Assembly: GCA_973895155.1 (NCBI GenBank)
Contig: OZ316896.1
Location: 20,324,754-20,388,753 of the forward strand
DNA from: Marsupella aquatica
Taxonomy: Eukaryota; Plantae; Marchantiophyta
Direction: 5' to 3'
DNA length: 64,000 nt
This document shows positions 1 to 13,037 of the stretch, in pieces; position 1 is the first letter of the stretch; each line of letters begins with the position of its first letter. A program made the translations under genes and the position numbers. A model generated the notes under the pieces. It worked only from the letters and a program-made list of their open reading frames with translations, searched no databases and was not told where the DNA came from.

Positions 1-245
1 TAGGTATTGTCAATTACAATCATTGTGTACTTATCAAAGCACGATCAGGTTTTGAGGAAGGAGAGTTGATGTGAAATATCTTGCTTTTCTTGCATGTCTT
101 AGGTAAGTGTCTTTACAAGAAACCCTTCCAAACCGTGTCCAATGTTGAATAAATAGGACACAGTGTTGCACGCGCAGGAAGAATGACCTATAGTAAATTC
201 TTTCCAAGTTTGTACACTTTCGAGAGTAATGACAACTAGGTAACT

Positions 246-267
246 TCTAACAATTTGGTATCTGCTC
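246..267 (+). mobile_element. Possible LTR end plus decayed tRNA-Met primer-binding site
   Basis: CTAACA-ATT-TGGTATC resembles an LTR 3' CA followed by the PBS TGGTATCAGAGC; only 7 nt of the PBS match. Confidence 0.25.
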
Positions 268-1829
268 TTGCACCAAGTTTCTGGCCAGCACACAGGATGA
301 TTACCCCTTGACATCCACGATGACCCTTGTGTAATTGCTGATGCTCTCTCGGAATGGATGTGATGAAAAAATTATAATCATGGCATGAGAGCTGCCTGGA
401 TCTTGATGCACATACCTGGATGAATCTGTGACCAACCAGAGGAAAGTTATTCAGAAAACTAAATTAGTGTGGGATGATATACTATTTGCAACACCAAGAA
501 ACTGCTCATTCAATTTCCTACGTGATTGTCTTGTTTCAGTCTAATATTTGCCTTGCCTCCACATCATCTGCGAAACACATGGCCATCCGGGCTAGTAAAG
601 TGATAATATCTATTCCAATAAGGGTTCATTGTGTACACACTATTTTGCGGAGAAGTATAAAGGAAACTTCCATTTTTCCAGATTATTATTTACGTTTTGA
701 ATTCAGCTCTGAGGTAGGATTCATTCACAGGCAGCTGGATACATACTTAGGCCAGCTAGGGCTACAAATAGCAGACTTGAGACCCACGGCCTGGGAATTC
801 ATCCCAAATTAGATAGTGCCGCAATTACTAGAAAGGCTAATGTCATTAAGTAATGTTTCATAAGTGCGCAAGAAGTACGCCTGAACCTGTGAAAAGCTCA
901 TATCTAAATCTGAATTGGATTTTCTGTTTCTAGAGAACGCACGATCAGCAGGAAACTTCACAAAATAAGTAAATGAAAGAAACTAATCCTTTGCCTGTAC
1001 AAACAGGTGAAGGATCCTCAGAGACTACACATGGTGCATATGCATGTCCCATCGATCGCCCACATGGGATCATCCGAGTTATTCCATCCACAAAATAACA
1101 ATCATATACAGTGAGCTAGTGAAGAAACCACGATTGAACCTAAAATAGAGTTTCTCATTATGAATTTCTTACAATGTCAAATCCAGAAACCTAGAGTTTT
1201 GCACCCCTTTCATTTATAGGTAAAATGAAATAACTATTATTAGACAAGATATTAAGAATAAGATAATTATTAGGTTCACAATGAGAACAATACTACTAAA
1301 TACTGAGAATTTTTGAATGACTCATCCAGTTTTTAAGTTGGGAAACTCTACTTCAACTTTTTATAAATAAAACTATGAAGGGGCCTTCACATCATAGTAA
1401 ATAATCCTGTTGGAAACCTTTGTAATTACTGGGTTAGACTCATTCCTACCACTGACATGATTCAATTGAGAAAATGCTAGTCTGAAAGCATGAGGAGCGA
1501 ACCAGAGTAGATATTCTGATAGTCCATGCTGTAAACGATGAGTGTTCATTTTTGGTTTACTGATATTGCACTCTTTTGGTCCATCTTAAGCTCGGCTTAA
1601 TGCTTAAATTACCACAAAGGTAGTGTGTCTTGTTTCCTTCAAGCTCCAGGTGGGGAACTACGTTACTTGTATATAAAGTTGACTAGGGAGCAAATTATTA
1701 TTGCAAAAAGTATAGATCCGCTAAGCACATAGCTAGTGAATCTTTGAATAATTTTGAAAATAGTTATGACAGCTATACTAACTAATCCCCTCACAATGGC
1801 TAAGGCTCTTTACTTTCAGAACCTGCTAA

Positions 1830-2604
1830 GAGCATCTCCAACCCTAGGGTTTTGCTTCTTGGCCGAGTACATTAGGGCGTGTCCAAATAGCACCATAAAG
1901 GAGGTATGGGCAAGGACATAAAACTCTTTTATGGCCAAGACATAACTTATTACAACTACCTAAATACACATCTCATGAGAATCTTATGTCCAAAAAAATG
2001 TCACCCACAAGATTTTTTTTATGGCTGAACTTTGACATGCCCTATAAGATACCCAGTCTGACAACCTTCTATATTTAGTTCATTGTACATATATTTAGGG
2101 GCCAACTCCAAAACAGCCCCAACACTTACGGGCAATTTCCCTAAACAGCAGGTATCAACATCTGACAGCCATAGATTTAGATCTTGAAAACACACCAACT
2201 AACCCAATAAGGAGTCAAGTAAAATACCTGTATAATCACTCCCATATACAGATCCAGTAACCCCAAAACCCCAAAACCCAGTTCCCATGAGTGGGTGGGA
2301 CCTGACTTGGGACCTGACTTTTTTGAGAGTTTCTTTACTGGACGAGCCTGAATGCCAAGGACAATAGAGATGATGACAAAAATAACGCATGCATCATCAT
2401 CTTGACATGCAATACATATTCCATCCACATACACTTGGTGGGGCCCTAGAGTACATTTGGTGGGGCCCTAGAGTGCATTTGGTGGGGCCCTAGATTTAAG
2501 GTCTAGAACCCTAGACCCCAATTGTAGCTTAGCGAATTAGTAGGAAGATTTGGTAAACACCTACTGAAGTGACACTAACAAGCCCATTTGGGTTGGATTT
2601 GCTC
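1830..2604. mobile_element. Tourist/PIF-Harbinger-type MITE
   Basis: TIRs GAGCATCTCCAACC (1830-1843) and GGTTGGATTTGCTC (2591-2604, 12/14 match); flanks TAA and TGA (degenerate TWA target duplication); non-coding interior. Confidence 0.6.
2435..2494. repeat. 21-bp tandem repeat x3 inside the MITE
   Basis: TTGGTGGGGCCCTAGA occurs three times with a period of 21. Confidence 0.85.
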
Positions 2605-2855
2605 TGATGACTACAGTGTTAGAGGGCCATACCTATAGGCTCTAGAGAAAAACTGGAAAAACTGGAAAAACAGGGGAGCAACAAAAACCAGGCCTACGGC
2701 CGTCCCGTATTGTAAACGGCAGATCAAGTGCCCGCCCACGACCATCATCGGGTGGTATGCATAATTGCAGCTCCAATCCTTCTGGTCTCTGTCGAGTATA
2801 GGTTTTCAGCGAACAGCTTTGTGCTCACTTCGGAGGACTCTGATCGGGAGCTGCG

Positions 2856-5800
2856 ATGCGGAGAAGGGATTTAGGCATCCTGCTCCTCTGCGCATTCGCA
2901 ATATTCTTCTCTCTTCAGGTGCGTCATCTTTTCCTACATGTAATTTCCATCGGAAACCACCATTTCTCTTTCCTCTGTGGCCTGTTGGTGCTCTGTTGGT
3001 GCTCTGTTTATCAATGCAAGGCCCTAGTCCGGAGTTGATAATTGCTGTACTCGATGGTTATAAGATATCTGAACATAATTCTATTCTGTTCCTCTGTAGC
3101 ATGAAGGAGGGTTTTCCTTCCGAGAAGCATGGTATCACTCGTTGGATGATTCGTACCCTATTAAACACGAGGCAGAGCGGCTGCCACCGCCGCTGGTGAC
3201 CGACCTCAATGGGGATGGACGTAAGGAGATTCTGGTCGCTACACATGACGGTAAAATTCAGGTCAGTTGAGCTCTCACCTCTCAATTCAGCCGAGCTAGA
3301 TTTGGCTTTCCTTAGTAATTGTGGAAAATCCCTACGCAGATTCGCTTCATGGAGCCACATATCTGGCTTCTGTGACTGACGAGCGTTGTACCTTGGGAAA
3401 TTTAAACCAAAGAAGATTTGTGTTGTAAAGGTTCGAGTCCAGCCCTTAGAGCCACGTCAAAACGGTACAGCTAGGTAGTCTAACCCTGAGCAAAAGTGAT
3501 TGCTTGTGGATGATGAAAGAACCCGTTTCTGTTATCAGCTCTTCTACTGTATCCAGACTAGTCTGAGAAAATGTGGAGTTTGATAAAAATTTAATGGAGC
3601 TGTTTGGGTGCTCAGATACTCGACCCACATTCCGTCAATGGAGAAGAGAGTTTTGCTGAGGCCCGAGTCATCACTGAGGTTTCTCTCTTGCCGGATAAGG
3701 TACGAGTTATAGCCGGCAGGAGGCCCGTGGCAATGGCTACAGGGGTTGTGTCGAAATATTGGAGGGCTGGAGAGGCCACGAAGCAAATACTAGTCGTTGT
3801 GACGGCTGGCTGGTCTGTCCTCTGCTTTGACCATAATCTGAAGAAGCTGTGGGAGGCTGCCGTTAAGGTTTACCCTGCTTTGACTTTGAACATCCTTGCA
3901 TGTTGACCTAACTTCAAATCACGAGATGTTCTTAGAAGTTGTGCTATTATAAGCTGAATTATTGATGTCAAAACCTGATGGCATATTTCGCCTCTACTGC
4001 GATTTTGGTGAAGCTCAGTTCTTTCTCTTGGATGACTACTTTGGGAGGAATCTTCAAAACTGAAAAATCCCTACGTTTCGCAGGATGACTTTCCACATGC
4101 CGCGCATCATAAAGAGGTAGCCGTTCACATAAGCAACTTTACATTGAAGCATAGTGATACTGGGCTGATTATCGTTGGCGGGAGCATGGTCGTCCAGCCG
4201 CAGGTATTACCAGCAAAGCTTGTTTCAGTACAAATTGGCACATCACCGTAGCAATGCTTGGCCGGTGAATTTTGTTTACTTACAGTCTACATCATCATTC
4301 TCTAAAGAAGAATTTTGTAATGCAATCGTGAGTTGCTAGTCCTCTGCGGTGTTGTTAAATCTCGTTTGCTCCATGATTTCTCCCTACTCCGATCTCTTAC
4401 GGGGTAAGTATTTTGGCCGGACTTGCAGCTCCACCTGGATCCATTTGAAGAGGAATTGCTCGCGGAAAAAGAAGCTGAGCGTCACAGACATTCAGCGGGC
4501 CAAGATGTGAGATTGTGACTTATATTTTCTACGTCATTCTTTCACCTCAGGAGTGCCTCATAACATGTTCTAATATTTGCAATTCACAGATTTTCTCGAT
4601 TTCCTTCTCTAGTGGCCTCAGTGAACATTCCCAAGAATAATTCTGGCTAACGTACCTAATGCCAAGGCATCGAGAACTCTGTTTTATTTGAACATGGCGG
4701 GTTATCACTACCTTATTTTGGCAAATACGGTTGTCTTTTGAACATGTTCTGCTACCCAAGAGCAGCGTACCAAGTGTTCCTCTGAAAGGCGTGGAACTCA
4801 CGAGGCCCAATTTTTCCTTGCAGGAGAACGAAGATGTAAGTGGAGGTAGAAGCTGGGACCGGAATCATCACTTTTCCTATTATGCTTTCGCTGGGAACTC
4901 TGGTGAACTTCGATGGCATCACAAGAGTGAGGTACATCCGACTTCTGTCCACCCTTTTGTATCACTTTGGGCCTGTTTGTAGGCAGGATGTCTAACTGGT
5001 AGCTCTGTGCTTTGATCACTATATTTGCAAGAAGATATGAATGGGCGACAGAAATAAATGTCATAATTTTTCCTTAACTATTTGAGAATGTGAAGGCAGC
5101 TGCTTTTATCAATCTGTTTGGGTACTCCAATCAAAAGATGAGTGCGCCCATGGACCCTACTTGCCTTGCACTGCTCATACATGTTTCCGACAATTGATGT
5201 GCAGGATTTCCGTCGGGTTCCTCAAAGTTTGAATGATGTTATTCCTCAGCACAACTACAGATTGGACGCAAAATCTCTAACTACTAAACACGACAGTGAG
5301 GTAGGAGTACTTTTGCTTTCAGACTTATTGCAAGCATTTTTAGTGCTTACCGGACGTTCTTAAATATGGTCCAAATTGTGCTTCTGCACTGCTTTGTTCT
5401 GAAGGGAGGTCATGCTCATCTCTATCGTTCTCTCTCTGGTGTTAGGCTACTTGACTTTTTGAGCTTTGTCAGTATTCCAATGTGACGGGGTTTCCTATAG
5501 GGCTTACAATGTACCAGTGGTATAGGTTCCTTCTGTGAAAAGTTTTAGTCTTGGGCCAGTAAAGAATTCTACGAGACGAAAGACATGTAACGCAAAGTTG
5601 TTGCCAGGTTGAATGCAGGGAATACAGGGAATCCGTGCTGAGTACCATGCCTCATCGATGGGTATGTGCACAGGCCTTCCATCGTCTCTATCTCTATTTA
5701 TTTCTGTGAGTTGAAAGCTCTGGAAAATACAGGATTGACACATAGAATTAAAAAACCGCTTCTAGTGCTCCTTTGAATCACGAGTCCAGGGGTTTGATAA

Positions 5801-8330
5801 ACTCGTTTCTTTGGAGGAATTTATCTTGTAGCAAAATTTTTCCTACAGCAGCTAGCGGGGTTCTGGGTGGCAACTGTTTAAAGTAACCAAAGTACCGTTG
5901 CGTGACCATCATACAGGAAAGGAGAGAAGACACTTACTTTGAATTGGCACATTTTCGTAAGCATAAGCGCAAAACAGCTAAGAAACAACCTGGGAAGAAG
6001 AACAGCAATCCATTTGAGAAACCAGAGGAAAAATCCACGCCTGGCAAAGATTTGAGCAATACAGTAGTGGGTGCCATCGGGAAGGTCACAGATTTTGCGG
6101 CGTCGTCCAAAACAAAGACGGTATTTTTTCTCAATGAAGTCCTCTTGATGTGTAGTTGTCGAACAGGTTTTGTTGAGACTCTATGGTATGAAGTCCCTTT
6201 GTCTGGCTTTACTGGGGTCAGCATTTAGGCATTTATCTGCTTCAGAGGATGCCGGTATCATCATTTGATCGTAGTAAGTAAATAGGTTGGGAAGAGGGGT
6301 TACGTTGGTGATCCAAAGAATAATTCACTCTATTTGTTTGCAGAGAAGCGTATACATGCCAGTCATTACAAATACCACCAATCACTGGTGGCTGCCCAAT
6401 GTTGTTGTGGCTCATCTCCGTGAGGGTATTGAAGCTGTCCATCTACCAACTGGACGCACAGTATGTAAAGTGAGTAGTTATGAGAACCTCGTCTAAGTTT
6501 TTCTACTCACTTGCATATGTGTTATGTCTCTGAGAGTGGAACATGTGTTCGTCTATCAATACTTTGCGGTTTGAAGTCCTTTGATCTAGAAGGACTCAGT
6601 GGATGTTGGTTTTCGCAGCTGTTACTTGCTGCAGGAGGCTTACATGCAGACATCAATGGAGATGGAGTATTAGACCATGTTCAGGTAAGAAATTCCATTG
6701 GTGGGTGACCTGAGACATGTTAGTTTTGCAACACAAATTCTCTGAGTTGGTATCAGAAATGTTAAGGGAACGCAGAGGCTATCGTCTAGTTGCATTCAAA
6801 CCCCCAGCGGTTGACTGGCCTGACTACCTTAAGACTCCCTACCCGGCAGAATTTATGGGCTATAAGCTCAAATAGATAAATCTGTCTCACAATTTTTCGA
6901 AAATTTTGTTCTAGCATTTTCCGCACTTCGTAATCGGGCTTAATAAGTGTAAGGTTTCTACCAGCCAGGCTGGAGAGCCGCATACGAAGCTATTACGAAC
7001 CCTCAGAAATCCATCACCCGATGGGTTATTTTCCCAACTCAACATAGTACTTATTTTTGTGTCTTTGGGGAAGTGGCCAGCCTCGTGGCTTGACATTCCT
7101 TAGTTACCATGGTCCTTGGTGGAAGATGTGGCACAAATTGCTTATGTCAAACTCTAGGTAGTCGTGAAAGGAGATAGTAAAAGTTGCCTGCTTGATCTGC
7201 ATCTGGAGTTCCTCCCAACTATCCGAAGCTTTACGTGTCAGTTTAATGGAACGTCGATCCCTCTTCTAAGCACTCTTGGTATATTTCTGTTTAAATGTTG
7301 ATTTTTAAATTCTAAATCGGAAACTTGCGTCAGGCTGTTGGTGGTAGTGGATCAGAACGAGTGGTTGCAACTGGTATGCAAGATCTTGTGCGACCGTGTT
7401 GGGCAGTCGCCACGTCAGGGGTACCTGTTCGAGCATCTTTGTTCAATGGCTCCATTTGCAGACATTCACCATACAACAGTATTCAGCCAGGAGACTTTAA
7501 TCGAGCGTGGGGACGGACAACAAACGCGGCTCCACTTGAGGTCGCAACCCCTGTCCTCTTGCCAAGGCAGGACAATCACCGGCATCGTAAAGGGAGCTTT
7601 GGGGATGTTATTTTTCTCACTAGCCGTGGAGAGGTATGAAAGTTTGGTTTTTGCTGTATAGCAGTAAAAGCTCGTCCCTACTGGTCTTCGTAGTTTTCTC
7701 AATTCTTAAAAACATTTTTATTCCTTTACTGGTTTCTCTAGTTTGACTGGCCGTTTGCATGTCCCTCCTTATTTAAAGGCATGTATCTGAAGTAATAAGA
7801 GATATGACAAGTATTTAGTCGCAATTTAATCCAACTTTGGAGGGGTATCGCAGGTTACTTCATTCAGCATAAATCCTCGTAAAGGAGAGGAAGCCACCCG
7901 CAAGTGGCAAATTGTGACAGGAGCTTCATGGGCAAATCATCCTACACCAGCCGGTCTGGCTATTGATAAGGTGGTCCCAACTTTGGCAGCATTACCTCTG
8001 AGACACGGTGCACAGGGAGAGGCTATCCTCGTGGCCGGTGAACTTGAAGCTGTGATTCTTCATCCAGATGGCAGCAGACTTACCTCTTTTCGTCTACCAG
8101 GTGCCCCAACTTTGCCACTCATGTATGAGGATTTCTCAGGTGATGGCTTGAATGATCTGATCCTTGTAACGTCGAGTGGTATCTATGGCTTCCAGCAAAC
8201 TCGTCATCCAGGGGCCATTCTTTTCAGCTCCCTGGTTGGACTCTTAATTGTGGTGATGGCTATAATATTCATCACCCAGCACCTAAACAGTCCCAAGGCA
8301 AAGCCAAATCGGCAACCTGACCGCATGTAA
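2856..8330 (+). CDS. NERD1: FG-GAP repeat membrane protein (NERD1/At3g51050-like), 13 exons, ~701 aa
   Basis: GT-AG exons assembled by hand: 2856-2918, 3100-3261, 3616-3867, 4084-4203, 4429-4506, 4824-4931, 5205-5300, 5608-5661, 5917-6120, 6344-6469, 6619-6684, 7334-7633, 7854-8330 (2106 nt, open frame). N-terminal signal MRRRDLGILLLCAFAIFFSLQ; FG-GAP-type loops DLNGDGRKEI, DINGDGVLDHV, DFSGDGLNDLI; C-terminal TM helix ILFSSLVGLLIVVMAIIFI. Confidence 0.9.
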
Positions 8331-8430
8331 AAATTTTACGATAATTCGAGCTCTGCCCCATTTGATTTGTCCGTGAGCTTTCGTTATCTTTTTGAAATTA
8401 TGCGTCCTCAAGAGACTAAGTCATGCAACG

Positions 8431-8500
8431 ATGAAAGATAACTTGGTACTTGCTCATCCAGAGAATGAAAGATAACTTGGTACTTCCTCATCCAGAGAAT
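8431..8500. repeat. 34-bp tandem duplication in the NERD1 3' UTR
   Basis: ATGAAAGATAACTTGGTACTT(G/C)CTCATCCAGAGA occurs twice with one mismatch. Confidence 0.9.
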
Positions 8501-10054
8501 CTCGTTGTTGAGTTGGAGCCAGTTGTTTAGAGTAAATTGCTCGAAAGCAATATTGTTTATGTCCTGTGACTAGAGGTGACAGTTTTTCTAAGTGACAAAC
8601 TAGAGGAAAACTCCGTTTGAGCAAAATGAGAAGGACTAACTTGTAGATTGGGCCTAGACATGGTAATGTTTGATGTGCCTTGAACTTTATTTGGTTTTTC
8701 TAGAAGAGGAGCGCACATTGTGTTGCATTTCAGGGATATTTCCTAGTCCATGCTGTTCTACCTCTATTTTTTAGTTCACAGGTCAGGACGAGGACCCCAA
8801 ATTTGATAGGGTTATACTCTTCAGTATCTTTTGTCTATGCCAATGTCACTGATTAGAATGACTAGGAGCTTCACTCTAGCTAGTCCATAGGTTATTGTCC
8901 CCCAATGTAGTGTAGAGGTTCACTCCTGTCAACAGGTAGTCCAAGTTGGTTTATGTGTTCGCGAGTAACAAAAAAGATGGCCAGAGTGCATTTGACAAAC
9001 ATCTGAGATGAAATTCTGCCTAGTTTGTGTGGACTAATTTGCATCTTATTTGCGCACTTCAAATTTTATTATTTATTTTAGGAAAAATTAATAGATTCTA
9101 GGCTTAGGAAAATTTAGGGCGAAAATGCCAGTAATTATCGAGGGGCACGATTTTTCAAAATCTACAAAAATACAAAACAATCCATAAATCCAGCTACCTG
9201 ACTCTCGATTTTAGTTTACCAATTCCAAAGACAATTAGACTTTGTCTTTGTCTGCATTTTCCATCTTCGTAGCAGTTCAAGCAAATAGTGAAATGAAGAA
9301 CGTTATTTTGCGAAAATGTCCAGAGCTTTGCGCCTTAAAACCTGATCTCCAAGAACGAGAAGATCTATGGAGCAGGTGGTAGGGCTAGTCAGGATTAATT
9401 AGTCTCCAAATTGAGTTCATCTATAGTAAATAAGTCATATTTGCTACTCTGGACAAGAGTTCTCTGATAAGAGGAACAAGTGGGCTAGCACATTCTGCAC
9501 GAACCACTGAATCTGGCTGGGAATTACTCGGACATGATAACAACTATGACATATGTTCAATGAGACATCTAAACATAATGATAGTTATGTCTTTCTCATG
9601 GTTTGTGCATGAGATACCATTCTCGTTTTTTCTTTGGATTATGGTGACATTTTCAAATTCACTATAATGGTATTCTACTACTGTTGACCATTACATTGAG
9701 CACAGCTTTACGATGAAGAAATGTGATGGACATTAAAAATTAGATTTTGACGCCGGGCAATTCTTTTCCCAACTAGTCATTACAACTGACCACAGCTTTA
9801 TTTGTTCTCTCGGACATGAAGGAGGGAGTTTCATTTGCTCTAAAAATGAAGGAGACCTAGCTTCATTTGATATTCAAACTAATACACATGCCTGTGGGAA
9901 TGTCTAAAGTAATTATGCATAGAGATATTGGCAACAAACCTTCTTTACTTAAAATTTTCCAGATGTTTACAAAATAATTTCAAAAGCCATGGAATTGAAT
10001 AACCTTGAAAAATGCCAAATATACAGATATGCAATGTATTTCTGATGTGGTCAC

Positions 10055-13037
10055 TCAAGTATAGAATGTTAGCAAAATCAAAACTGCTAACAATATCACT
10101 AAGAAGGCAATCAACACTATTTGACCTTTAGCTCCGGCCTTTTTCATCAAAAGCTCCAATTTTTTCTGCAACCACACAATTTTCAACCAGAAAGATTGAT
10201 TGGTTGTTTATTTATTCAAAATGAAAGCATGGCAACTGATTCTAAATTAAAGGTGTTTTCATTACTAAGTTAGACAAGTTGAGAAAATGGATAAATTATC
10301 ACTACCTTTTGGTGACAAAGTTTGATGCGTTTGAATATGCACCGGTTGTCAAGAATGCAAATTGTAACTATGTACCTACAATGGCCATCATGTACCCTTA
10401 GAGCATCTCTTCCATTGGAGTCCCCAAACGGATTGAGGATTTCCGCCTCCCCATCCCCCCCTCCCATCCCACCCTCTTTCCCTGGCTTTTGCCAAAACTA
10501 AATCTATATTCACTTTCCAATCAAGACTTACCGTGGCATAGTCTAGTCTGCTGGAGGCTGTTTCAATGTCTCGGCCAAGGTCTCCTAACAATGAATCCTA
10601 CACAATAAGTGTGAATGTCAGCAGGAATGTTAGCTCCACAAGGATAGCCAGGGTTCATTTAAGTCATTTCTTTGGCACAAATTATACTTGAGGGCATGTG
10701 GCATTTGACACAACCACTTGCAACAAACTTTCTTACAATTATTTTATCATGGAGCACACAAATGAGCGTAGTCATACAAACTTTGAAAGTGGTTTCTTGA
10801 TTGTTCTCCTTTGTCAACACATCATGGGTATATATATATATTTTTATTTATTTATTTATTTATATTTATTTATTTTTCACATCATGGGTATATTAAGATT
10901 GTTAATAAGTAGTTTTTATATAAATTTAATGTATTATCTGGGCATTAAGATACTCTCTAGATAATATTATCTCTAATGTCAATACAATTGTATAAAAAAA
11001 CTGTCTGGTCAATGTAATTGACCTGGTGTCATAGACAAGATGGTTCATAGATTTATTCACTCTGCGTGCTATTTGTCAATGATCCTGTTTGGATGCCCAA
11101 TAACAACCATTTTCAATTCTTGTAAACCACTAAGCCTCTCCCCAAATTAACTGTCACAAGTAGACAGTACCTGGCTCCCAAGCTCAGTGTGTATTGCTAG
11201 TCCAACCTCTCCGATGCGATCAACACTTTCACTAAGGTCATCAAGGTTTTGGTCTTGGTCCCTAAATGGGTACAAGTATGCCAAGTCAGAACAACCAGCT
11301 GGTATATTAATGCTGAAGCTTGATTGGATTAAGCTTGATTACATCTGTATAATGGTTAGTTTGAAAATTAGCTCTGACAATAGTGAATTGTATTGATATC
11401 AAAATGTTAATGTGCTACCTAGAGAGTTCCTAAGTCTAGTTTGGCTCACTTAATTAGTCGGAATTGTCTATCTTGTTCACCCCTTATGTACTCCTCATTT
11501 TCTTCATGATACTGATTCTTTGGTGGAGGAGGGGCTCCATGAAACTGAGCCTTCAATGGCATCATTGGAGCTACATTGGGAATTCGCAATGCATCGTCAG
11601 AAAGTTGAACGGTCTTCCGAAGATTGCTCACCTAGGCAACATGTTCAATCATTCCAACTATTGAGCAATCTTATGTCAGAAAGATTGGTTTGACTGGATT
11701 GCATGTTCATTTAATGTGCAGTGGCAGTTTGGGGAGTCTTATGTCATGATTACTCTTTTGCTTTTGGGGGATTTACAGAGTTAAGTGAGTGAGTGTGTTT
11801 CACAAAGTATTGAATTCATCAATAATTTGTTTTGTGTTAGTCATTGTATTGTATCATCTCAGAAGTCTACAAGCCAGGGCCTTACCATCTATAATGTAAT
11901 CAACTAAATGATGATGATCAGCAAGGGCAGAACTTCAAAATTTTCTTGGACTAGTCACTCTTCATGGAGTTAAACTTAGTCAGACAAAATCAATAGTCTA
12001 TTACCTGAGTTCTGGCATTTGAAGTCCATGCTTTGCGCCGTTGGACTTCAGGGATATTCATGCTAAATCTTTTTGGGTCTCTTTCTGCAGCTCCAATGGC
12101 TTTGTCAAGCTCGTCCAACTTCCCATCCAATCAAGTTATTTTCAACCAAACATATAAATGGCTGGCCTTGATTATGGTCAAGTTTGCCAACTGTACTCAC
12201 ATCACGTCACTTCATGAGTGGTTTTCATCCTCTAGATATTATATGGAACTGAGACTATTGTGTCTTAGGATGAATTGAAGGATGTTCCATCACAGTGGCC
12301 TGATTTCCAACATTTTTTTAGGAGAAGAGGAGATGGTTCAGCTTTTGGGGTTCTCATTGCATACTTGAGTAGCATTCCAGGTCAAAGGTGTTTGTTGATT
12401 CAATGTAAGTTTTAGTTTGCATTTATCAAGACAGTACACAATATACTACCTGCCATTTGATGGTGTCACAAGTGGAGAAGAGCTTCTTTGTGAGAGCAGC
12501 ACGCTCACTTGAGACCTCGGGGAATTGTTCCCAGTGGCGCAGGTCTGCTTCTGTTTCAGCAATCTGCTCAAAACATTACTGTCTGACTCGTTCTTGAATG
12601 CATTGTGATATCAGATGTATTCAGAGTTCAATTAAGGCGCATGAAATGGCTGGTTTGGTGTTGGGATGTCATCTTAAAATAGGAATAAACATGTATTGAA
12701 TAGCCGATCCATTTTGGTGCAAACCAAGGTGGTTTTCATGAGATAAATATTTGACAAATTGGAAAATAGAAAGAGGGGTTCAATTTGACACATTAAGAGG
12801 GTTGTGGCTGTTGATTAGTTCCTTTGACATCTAGAGTTTTTAAACCTTATTAAGCCATGTCTCCAAGCAAGACTGGTAAGCAGGGTATACCATTATAAAC
12901 AGCACATGTGACCCTATGATTTATGTGTAATTACACAAATCAAAAACAAAATGATCTGGTGTTGAGACATGGGATGAAGTACTTACAAGATCTTCAACCT
13001 CATCTTTAACAATGTAGTAGGGATCAAGAGCTGACAT
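10055..13037 (-). CDS. SYP61: Syntaxin-6 family Qc-SNARE (SYP61-like), 7 exons
   Basis: Exons read MSALDPYYIVKDEVEDL (12987-13037), IAETEADLRHWE..CDTIKWQ (12450-12563), LDELDKAIGAAERDPKRF..RRKAWT, linker ~11450-11630, SNARE motif DQDQNLDDLSESVDRIGEVGLAIHTELGSQ / LLGDLGRDIETASSRLD, and a tail anchor KKAGAKGQIVLIAFLVILLAVLILLTFYT* (10055-10165). Confidence 0.9.
10818..10893. repeat. (TTTA)n tract flanked by a 16-bp direct repeat (SYP61 intron)
   Basis: CACATCATGGGTATAT at 10818-10833 and 10878-10893 brackets a 44-nt A/T-only tract. Confidence 0.8.

Noticed and set aside
2435-2494. CRISPR-like short repeats
   Set aside because: Spacers are only 5 nt and nearly identical, the context is eukaryotic, and there are no cas genes.
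3428-3455. GGTTCGAGTCC, like a tRNA T-loop/B-box
   Set aside because: No T-stem beyond 2 bp, and no D-arm, anticodon arm or A-box upstream.
3510-3567. ATGATGA...CTGA box C/D-like pair in NERD1 intron 2
   Set aside because: Short, with no terminal stem or recognisable guide; such motifs arise by chance.
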